This document shows, in pieces, positions 50,933 through 61,476 of a stretch of 64,000 bases of DNA (position 1 is its first letter; the number at the start of each line of letters is the position of its first letter). Origin of the DNA: Orbicella franksi (taxonomy: Eukaryota); contig OZ116703.1 of NCBI GenBank assembly GCA_964199315.1, positions 31,124,001-31,188,000 on the forward strand, read 5' to 3'. The position numbers and the translations under genes are program-made. The notes beneath the pieces are model-generated. The model saw nothing but the letters and a program-made list of their open reading frames with translations. It did no database searches and was not told where the DNA came from.

Positions 50933-51376
50933 TCACTCCGTTATAAAATCCTTCAGTATGAAATCTTGCCACTCGATGACTGTAAACCTGCCCAGTTCTT
51001 TCTCCTCCCCCCTCTGACTATCTTCTACGTTCATTTTGTCAAACAAGATTTCGTAGAAATCCAAAGGTTTGAAGATGTCCAATTCCAGCGCGCGCATCTG
51101 TTCCGGGGTCAGATCTCTGGCATTTTCAGTCAACATCCGGTCTTGCAGATAGGGACTGGTAGAGGTCGTGGCGAAAAAACTGCTACACGACATGGTTTGA
51201 TTTTGACTTCGAAATGATCCTTGCTTTTCATTCACTGCCGGTTGTTTAGTGGGAAGATCAGTGACACTGTTGGATCGTGTTCTAGCAAGTTCTGCGTGCC
51301 CAGAGCTGGTTTTCTTGCCTTTCGCTCTTTGAGATTTTACGCTGGTTTCATCCGCGACTTCTCTCGTTGCCTCCAT
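50933..51376 (-). CDS. Intronless 147-aa DIFKPLDF-family protein
   Basis: Open frame MEATREVADE...TMSCSSFFATT...[36 protein letters not shown]...GRFTVIEWQDFILKDFITE. Confidence 0.8.
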   Translation of the reverse strand: MEATREVADETSVKSQRAKGKKTSSGHAELARTRSNSVTDLPTKQPAVNEKQGSFRSQNQTMSCSSFFATTSTSPYLQDRMLTENARDLTPEQMRALELDIFKPLDFYEILFDKMNVEDSQRGEEKELGRFTVIEWQDFILKDFITE

Positions 51377-53882
51377 TTTTAGTGCCAGATATCCTGAAGC
51401 GTACTGAGTATTTGAAGAATAATGCAATCATGTTTAAATTTCCAAGGCGTGGTCAAGAAAAGTGTTTTGTTTGTTCAAGTTGCCATGGCCACTTGAATCA
51501 ACAAACGTATGTTGTTTTGTTCAGTTCAAGCAAGTACGTTTTGAAAAGATCCTGCAGAACAGACTAGAAAAAAACGTGATGCTTTTGTGGGTACTGGAGC
51601 CATCAAGATACAAACATTGGACGGCATTGAATTCCACGGTAAGAAATAATAAACTGGAAATTTATTATGCAAGAATAAACAGAATGGGGCTGTGGAGGTG
51701 TCATCAAAAGCTAGGAAAACATTAACAGGGGCGGAGCCACGCTATTTTTAATTTTCGAGCGCCAAAGACTTTCTTAGTGCAGAGTGCCTTAGCGGCTGCC
51801 TACCGCCCTAAGGCACTATGGAACTAAGGCCCTAGGGCCCTAAGGCTACAAGGCCCTAAGGCATCAAGGTGTAAATTCGAATGTTTGTTTTTTTCAATTA
51901 ATTAATTAGCACTGCAGCAAGTGATCGGGTGGGTCAGGTACCTGTGTTTCCCACGTAAAACAAGTTATACCCACCTCGATTGGTTGATAAAGATCAAAGC
52001 TATATACTTGTTTCAGAAAAGCCTTTACTCTCCTTGTGGTACTATTCTCTTTAGGACAAAACCAATCTGTTCTAAAAGCATGTGCCGATTAGTTAGTGTT
52101 TGTGTCGACAAGACATTAGGCGGAAGATATATTTCACATGGGATCACATACAAAAGTTGAGTGCTTTTCCTTGTAGTAGAACCCAACATGTCAGACGCAT
52201 GTGCTCTAGCATCGTCAGGGTGACACACTCCGGTTTCATTGCCAGCGCCTTTTTATATGTCATGTAATATAAATCTCAAATGTATTTCAGATGTACAATC
52301 AGCTTGTAGAAGGCGCTTGGAGTATATATCAACTAGAATTCAAAATGAATGCAGATACAAAATATTTGTGTAAAGATTATTACTTTAATACAATAATCAA
52401 TGTATACAATAGCATTGTTAAACACATTTTAGTCAGTGTTGGTGAAATTGTATCAGACAACCCAAACAGAAGTATAATCTACCCACCCAAAACTAACACC
52501 TACTGATTTCTAATAACCTGTTAGCTTTAAACTAAATTATGAGCTCAAGACTTCTATGAGATGTAGCTACATGTGAGGTTTGGCTGATTATGTACCACAG
52601 CTCAGCCAATCAGATTGCAGCAATTGAATTAATTTTAAACCTATACTAGCAGAATTTTATCAAAAAATTATCTAAATTCCATCTTTAACAAATTATTTTT
52701 AAGTTCATTTTTGAATATTATCCTTAAATATGTGTCATTCAAATTTTAATGTTTAAAATATCCAAAGTTATGCATTAAGCTGTCAAAGTACAAGACTAGA
52801 AATACTTGAGAACCTGACTGAATGTAGGATCCAGTGACGGAAGCCACAAATGTCAGTTGACTGTTTTCACACTCTTCAGTGTTCTCAAATAGTGCATGGC
52901 CTGGTACCTTTACACATATTGATTTACATCTGTGTGAGCAAAAACTATGGTGATGTGTGTTTTCCACTTACATAACACATGGATTTCTCGTCAATCAGGA
53001 AAGCACGAGGTGTCCATGATTAAAGTTTTACCACAACATTTTGCTAATTTAATATTCTATCAACTCTGCTGAAAGTAAGCAGTTCATAAAAGAAGCTTAG
53101 ATGCCATCCACCTATGCGTTCTGACTGTATTTCAGTCTATCTAATGAAATCAGTTTAAAACTGTTCACTCTCGTGTGTTTGTCATGACTGAACACAACAT
53201 TCAACAACATAAACTAATCGTCCTTACAATAAGAAAATCAAAACCGGAGGAAAAAAAAAAAACAGTACGTCCCATTAATTGAGTGGTGTTGACCCTGAAA
53301 GAGTAAGCTGTATAGTTGTTAGGTTAGCAACTGGTTACCTCAAGACAATTTTTTGCCAGGGTGACATCTTTCATTATTTTTCCATTCTTTTCATGACCTA
53401 TGAAATACTTATTCAACAAATTTTCTCTACAAACATTACTTCACTTTGAAAACACAAAACACTATATGCACTGGATAGCAACAGTAACAGAGCTACTTTT
53501 AGACAAAACATTACTCCGCAGAGTTCTGACCATGCTCTCTCCACAGCAACACAAGAAAGGCCCTAGGTATAAGTGTAGCCAGTATTCTGACAAAATTATT
53601 TTTAACATCCCAAGACAGCTGGCAGAGAAGTCCTGAGGCTTAGTCTGGTGGTTTGCAATAGGTTGTTTCCTATTTCTTTCTTGCCTCTGATTACAAAATA
53701 AACTCAAGTGTAAAAGGTCCTACAAAAGTGGGTTTACTCACAAGCTTATTTTATAGAGATCACAACCATTTCCATTTGTGTTACTTCAACAATGGCTAGT
53801 TTTGGCACAATGGCCAAAAAGAAACCCCTCCAAATATGGTAACCAATGGAAATAATGTTATTTCTAAGTATTGGAAAATGAA

Positions 53883-56800
53883 CTAAGTTAAAGCCAAAGA
53901 CGTAAGCACGCCTCCCACCCAACCTGGGGAAAGTTTTGCTAGAATAAAACACGGCACTGGATTCATTGCAGTACTACCAATGGCAATTCGAACCATTGTG
54001 GAGAATATTGGTTTGAACCAATCAAAGAAAGCATTAGCCTTCTTTAGATCAGCACTATATGATGTTCCTAAAGTATTCCAGATGACGTGCCCACGCCCTT
54101 CTTCGGAATCTTCATCTTCAATGTTGTCTTCTTCCTCCGAGTCTGGTTCTTTATCATCAAACAATGGGTTGTTACGCATCTCAGGATTAAAGTGAAAAAG
54201 TGTAAAAATATCCTTTGCAGTAGGGAGGGTGTCTTTGTTCCAGGGAAACAAGCACGTTTCTACCTCACCTGTGCCCTCATTACCCCAGGCTCCTAAAAAA
54301 TAATCATCATCATTTTAACAAAGAGATTCCTTATTACCACATGCAACAGATCACAGATGACATCAAAATGTTGTAAGAACAAAAAAGGGGCTCATGAGCT
54401 GTTTGTAAGAACCAATAAAACTGCCAGGATAATTTGATATATTATACAACACTAAGAAGCCCAAATTACAGTTTTGTGACAGGTAACTTGGCCTCCGCAT
54501 GAAAGCAAGGTTTGGACTGACCAGATTAGAAGATTACTATTTAACATGATGAAATAATAATCTACATTTGAAAAGTAACAAGATTTGTATCATAACAAAG
54601 ACTAATCTAATAATAATAACGATAATGATAACCATAACAAACAATAACAATAATAATAACAATAACAATAATAACAATAACAATAACAATAATAATAATA
54701 ATAATAATAATAACAACAACAATAATAATAATAACAACAACAAAAATAATAATAACATAGTTTTAAAACCAGGGTAATTCGGTCACCAAATACTGTTATC
54801 AAGGGGTTCCCTGAACAAATTAAATAGAACTTAAATAACAATAAAAGTCCTAAAAACATTACAATAAATGTAGTAAATGATAAAAGCTATATACAATATT
54901 TAAAAATTCTAAGAGCTTTCACTAAAAAAGTCCTTAATCATTATTTTAAAAATTAACAGAGATTTAGTTTCTTGCATGCTGGATGGTAGCCTCTGTTCAA
55001 AGGCCTGGGCTATTTACTGTGTTGGCTCCAAGCTTCCATAATTTCAAAATCACCTCACCATAACACTAGGAAATATATGACTCACAGTTAACTACTGATA
55101 ATGTACAAAGTGTTCTGAACTCTGGGCTGGGCATTCAAAGGACAATTACAAAAAGCTTTGCCAGGATCTTTCAGCTGTTGTCTTGGGCAAGTTGTCTGGT
55201 AAAATGCCATGGATTAACCTGCAGTAACCTAGAATCTGAGGTGGAGGCGCAGTGGCCTCACTCACCTCCTGATCGAGCCCTGGCCACAGACATTGTGTTG
55301 TGACCTCGGGCGAGACACTTTACTCTCATAGTGCCTCTCTCCACCCAGGCGTCTAAATAGGTATTGGCAAATTCAATGCTGGGGGATAACCCTGGATGGA
55401 CTAGAATCCCATTCACAAGGGGAGTAGAAATACTTCTAGTCACTTCATGCAGCTGAAACAGGGATGAGCACTGGCCTGATGGGCCACTTGGCTTGTGTAG
55501 AGACTTTCCCTTTAACCTAGCATCTGATCCAAAACTATATGCACAAACCTAATAGTTAGCATACTGGACTTTGGACCTGGTGGTTTGGGTTCAAACCCTG
55601 GCCTGCATCATGCCTGGGTAAACACCCAGTTTGGAAAATTTCCTATACCACTGATTAGTATCCCAGTAAATAAATAAATATGATACTGTATTGTATACCA
55701 ATACAAATGCAATTTGTCTACCAAAACTAGCTGATTTCAATCTCCTATCCCAGACACCTAGAAAGCCATGCCCTTCACAGCAACTTACGGCAATCTAGGT
55801 CCAATTCCACTGCGGCAATCTGTATCCTAGTCAAAATGTACAATGCCTTGAGAAGATCTTTATGCTTAAGCTCTTTATCTGACTCTAGCGTATAATCGGC
55901 CAAATGGACAATGCCACATTTCCAACGCTTTGGAGGGTCAGAGAACACATATACATTAGACTGGTCTACATTTTCATCCCAGTAATAGAACCATTCATCT
56001 GGAGTAGTCCACACATTCAGATGCCCAGCTGGTTCCTCTTCATCAGTTAAGTTATAGTGTCTGAGAGCATAGCGTTTACAGAACTGCTCTGAAGAAAGAA
56101 GCTCCTAAGTAACAAATAAAAAGAGTGATAACTTTTTAGCATCACTTTTTGAGTTTTTGTTTTAGTAAAAATACCTCTTAGTTGTTGTGTCTGGGCTATG
56201 TTGTGAGTGGAGGAATGGATGAGTGAGTGAGAGATGCACGTATCATTAGATAGTAAGTGGTTTGAACCCAGGAGTAACGGTAGTTCGTCTTGTGTGATTG
56301 TCCGGGTGAGGGTAAGTCATGGAAAGTACTGTTGTTGGTCACTGACATTTCGACAACCTGAGCAATTGAATATTGCTTGCCAGGCAATGGTGATATAAGT
56401 CTTGTCCACTGTAAGGTAAGTGTAGCCGAGAGAGTATTGTAATGTTTATCAACAGTCATTGGTTGGTTCTAGTAGGTTTGGATCTGTCTATGGTGTAAAA
56501 TTATGTCGGTCAGTTTGAGGTCCATCTACTGTGAGTCATAAAACTGACTGGGACTCTGCTCAATGCTTTACCTACGCTACAAATTATTTTCAGTGACTTT
56601 AGAAATAGCTAGTGCACTAACTTAGAACAATCACCCTACCAGCACCTCACAAACGACTTATTCACTACAAAAACAAAACCGACAAGTGGACTCAAACAGA
56701 CCTACTTAATTTGACAAATCATTTTTGTCTCAGAACTTACTAAAGAGTTCAAACATGTACTCACCTTCCATTCTTTACAGACTAACATACAGTTGCACAC

Positions 56801-58073
56801 TTCTGGCAAAGGTAAGAACGAAACTATTTTTGAAATTACTTCTGATGGTAGGAAAGGAATAGTTGTCATCTTGTGTTTTGGAGAAGAATCGCTCTGTGTA
56901 AAAACAAACCAAAGATGTGCTCATCAGTTGTACAAGTAATTAGCTATTCATTAACCAGTTTGAGTAACGCAGTGGCCTCATGGTTAGCGTGCTCGCCTCT
57001 GGATCAAGCGGTTCAGGTTTGGGCCCTGGCCGGTGACAATTTGTGTGGTTCTCTTGGGCAAGACACTTTAATCTCACAGTGCCTCTCTCTGGCCAGGTGT
57101 CTAAATGGGTACTGGTAAATTTAATGTTAGGGGTAACCTTGCGTTGGACTGGTATCTCATCCAGGGGGGAGTAGAAATACTCCAAGTCACTGCATGCTAC
57201 TGAAACTGGGAATAAGCGCCGGCCTGATGGGCTACTTGGTTATTATAATTTAAGACTTTACCTTGAGTAACTTGTGCTGACCTTTTTTAAATGGCTTGAA
57301 GCGAATTTCATGTCCCATAAATGGCAACAGTAGTCCACATTTTTGAGGCCCCATGGGGGTATCTTATATCCCGTTAATTTTTGGCTTAAATATTCTGCAT
57401 CCGTTAATAATTTCTTATTTCAAAAATTAGCAATTTCCCTCGTTGTATCTAGGGATATCTGTTCTACATATCCGCTATCTTATTAATTTTTTCACCCAAA
57501 ATTAATATTCTGTATCCCATCAATTTTGTCTCTATTTTTTATCCTCCCGTATCCCCAAAAAAACCTAAAAGGGTCTCCGGAGAGTATGGCCCACCAGTTC
57601 AAAGATTGTAGCCCAATAACATAATAAGCATTAACTGAACACTGTTGTCTATTATAAAGTCGCCCCGCCAAAGATTACAAAAAAAAAGCTTCAATATTAA
57701 TTCGAAACTTATCTCGGGATGATCGATAATAATAAAAGATTAGTTATCATATTAGTTATCATGTGTTATTAAATAAAATTATAAATGCAAAAGTGATTAT
57801 TCGTGCATAAATTAAAATGCAAGTTAAGTTAAATAGTAAAAACAACTTTCATGTTTATGCATCCAGCAAGAAACTGCGAGAAAACATGAATGGTTGCACG
57901 TTTGCTGATCGCGTTGCAATTTACGCTAAGTACAACGCAAAATGCACAACATAAAATGCTTTGACCCTTAAATTTCTTCTTTTACGGAACACAGTTCACA
58001 TGACTAGTCATAACAGTGTCATTCTCGTTGTATCCTCACTCACCTGTTTCTGCAGCTGGGTGACTTCAGCCAT
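53883..58073 (-). CDS. F-box protein with putative NuiA-like C-terminal domain, paralog 3 (294 aa)
   Basis: Exons 58073-58044, 56893-56765, 56104-55789 and 54292-53883 have the same lengths as paralog 2 (30/129/316/410 nt). All GT-AG, no stops. Confidence 0.9.
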
Positions 58074-58515
58074 GTTTCTGAACAAAATTTGTGCAAGGCG
58101 TATCCGAGCGTAATTGTCACCAGTCTCTTGCACTCGTGACGTTAATTATGTATACAGTGTGGCAAATGTACACAGTTTCGAGTAGTTTTCACTTCTAATT
58201 TTATAGATAATTACTACCATATTTTCACAGTCGATGCTACAATAATGGTTTCAAACAGCTTTCTTAGTACCGTAAAAATTCGGTTACAAACCTGCATAAG
58301 GGGTTTAGGGACTGGGTTGACTTTTTAAAAACGGGACAGTTTTTTGTGGTCGGAGTCGCAGGGACAACGACTAGCCGTTTTTGTACTAAAGTTCGAACAA
58401 TTTCCCAACCCTGGAAACTCTTGTCGACTCACCGTCTTTCCTACCTTGGCTCTATATGGATGAAAGAATATGCTGAACAAAAATTGCAAATTACTTTAGC
58501 CTCTTCCAGGCGTTC

Positions 58516-60113
58516 TGTACGGGTCCGCAAATGATCCCAGGACCGCAAATGATCCCGGACCGGAAATGATCCCGGACCGGAAATGATCCCCATATTGGAC
58601 CGCAAATGATCCCGATCAAAAAATAGGAATGGCATGGATTTATATCAGAGGAAGGTGAGAACATGTACAAAAATAATGAACTAAAAAACATTTTATCATT
58701 TTGCAAAAAAAACTTTCCACAATTGCTGTTTTGTTCTTCGAAGGGTACAGATCGTTTTCACTGTCACGCAATAACAGAAATAATAAATCGAAAACCAACC
58801 AATGGAAAAAGCTAAGAAGTTGTGATGTACGCTATAGAAGATAACTAAATAAGACACTTCTCCAAGTTTTAGGCCTGTGCGTTTCCCCAAACGTCAGATA
58901 TTCGTCGTAAATGTTTCCCAGAAATTTACAGAGTCCAGTAAGAAAACGCCATGTTGGTGTACATCCGTGGTACACCAATATGGCGGCCGGAATATAGTGT
59001 AAACATCTGGAACTTACTTTGGTTTTCTAGGCGACTGACTATCAGTACTAAACAAACAAGCATTTACATAAGCACTTTTCCTAATGCTCTAACTTCTAAA
59101 AAGGCTCAAAATCATGAGATAAGTATATATTTTTCAACAAACTCGATCGTAGCCTTGTGTCACGCAGGCTCCATAACTCTGAAATTCAAAACGCTCTGGT
59201 TTCCAAACGAAGCACGCTAATTGTAAACAGATATAAATATACCGCCTCTTATGCCTGATGAAGATAAAAACACGTCACGTGAAGACGATCTATTGAATTA
59301 GAAGTCTTAGAAAAACACATACTTGTAAATATTCTAGAAATCCCGGTGGCGATAGTATCAAACATCTATCAAACAGCTAATTGTCAAAACGACGAGCAAG
59401 CCTTGGCCTTGCGTGGTCATGAAGCTGAACTTCATAACTATAGCTTGTAATTTTGGCTTCTTAGAATACTCAAGTAGTCATTTCCGAGGAATTAAAGCCA
59501 AAATACGACCAAGGAAAAATAAAATAAATTTGTTCAAATTTCCAGTGCTACACACTAGGTGTTTTACAGAGTGATGAAGCGTTGTAGGCTTGTGGGTCTA
59601 CTCAGGTGACAGCGTCTTCTGTAATAGTTGCTTCATGGTTATATTTCAGTTTAAAACTTTAGACGAGTGGCGTTAATGGCTGACAAAATATGATTTAACC
59701 ATAACACCAAAATATCAATGTGTAACAAAGGAGGATATGTAGCGTATGTTGCACTGATCATAATTTTACTGAGAATTGCAAAGAAATGTGAGCTAAGTCG
59801 TGTTTTGATGATTGAGTGGTGATGTTCATAACATCGTAGTTAGCAACAAAGTTTAGTCGAAAGTATGGAAAAAAAATCAAGTTGTAAGCCATTACAATTA
59901 TAAGATGGCTTAAATAAAAACATCGGTATTCACGTACACCAATTCTCTATCCACACCATCCCACCATCCATGCCATTCCTTATTTTTTGATCGGGATCAT
60001 TTGCGGTCCAAAATGGGGATCATTTCCGGTCCGGGATCATTTGCGGTCCAATTTGGGGATCATTTGCGGTCCGGGATCATTTGCGGTCCTGGGGTCATTT
60101 GCGGACCCGTATA
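58516..60113 (-). mobile_element. 1.6-kb non-autonomous TIR element, copy 2 (inverted relative to copy 1)
   Basis: Reverse-complement match to 48995-50577. Direct repeat GTTC at 58512-58515 and 60114-60117. The empty site (single GTTC) is at 46480-46483 in copy A. Confidence 0.9.
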
Positions 60114-61476
60114 GTTCAGTTAGTTGGGGCGCAGCGCAAAAATCGCGAACATTGTCGTTCCTCACCCCTATTTTTTCGCTCGCCGATTTTCGCGCTGCGC
60201 CCCAACCTACTGAACGCCTGGAAGAAGCTAAAATTACCCAGATACACATCGTAGTGACACAACGCAATACCAAAGACGGTTTCGTTAACTTTATTTCGTG
60301 ATTTCGACATTATCTATCGACAGAAAGTCTCAGTTCTAATTCCATATACACTCTTACATTTTTTTCAAAATATCATTTATATCTATTCAAACATTAGGCT
60401 TGGGTCAACTATGGTCCGTACACACTACGCCGCAGAAATTTAAAAACGCAGCTTTATTTCTGGCACGGAAACTGAACTTTTTTGGAAAAAAAAAAGAAAA
60501 AAAAACTTTGATATAACACGTAAAACAGAAACACTTTTTATCGCTATTTTCCTTCGGGCTAATCCTAAAAAAAACTGGCAGCGTGGATAACATCAGTGAA
60601 TGTGAATTTTATTTTATTCAGTAAGCGAGAATTCCATTACTTACTTTTCGCGCCAAGAGCAATTTATCCTTTTGACAATTTGACACCATAGAAAAAAGTC
60701 AAACAAACCCAGACATTGCCACATCCGTCTTCTTTTCGACGCTTATAATGACCACGTGAGATAAAGTTATATAAAATATACTTTCAATTTTCCTTACAAT
60801 ATATGTTTACTTGTGAAACTCGTAGAAAAAGCTAACCAAACACACATATGCTCGACATTTATCTGTGTGACTATCATTCAGAATGATCTGTTATTTATAA
60901 TTAAGTCACAAATATTTCCCTAGTGTGAGAGACCTTGGATTCAAGTCAGTTTAAGTCCGCGCTGAAACTTATAATCAACATTTCGGAACGGTGACGAGAG
61001 AAAGAAAATAATCGACTGGACGATATTATATTGATGTAAGATCACTTTCTCAGAACCAACATTAAGAGCTGAATATAACAACCAGTATGGAGAATTGAGA
61101 CGCTCATAAAAAAAAAATATAAAAAACAGTAAGCTGTACCGCTAGATAGGACTGATATTGGTGAAAATCTGAATACGCAGACTCATCGAAAGATATTTAC
61201 ACATTTCATCAACAGAGTCTTCCTGCAGTCCATACCGGCTATGTCTATACCACAGGGCCATACATCACGAAGACCCGAGGGGTAAAGCAAACATCCCCGT
61301 CACATCTATACGGTCCTATACAAGACCCCCGTCCGATACACTCTCTCAAAAACGAGATGCAAAGGACTAACTCTCACTTTGTCATGAAATCATTCTTTAG
61401 CTAATTGCATATCAGCCAATATATTTTGACTGGATTTACGCGAGCCTAATATGAAACAATTGACAGCTTCTTCTCT

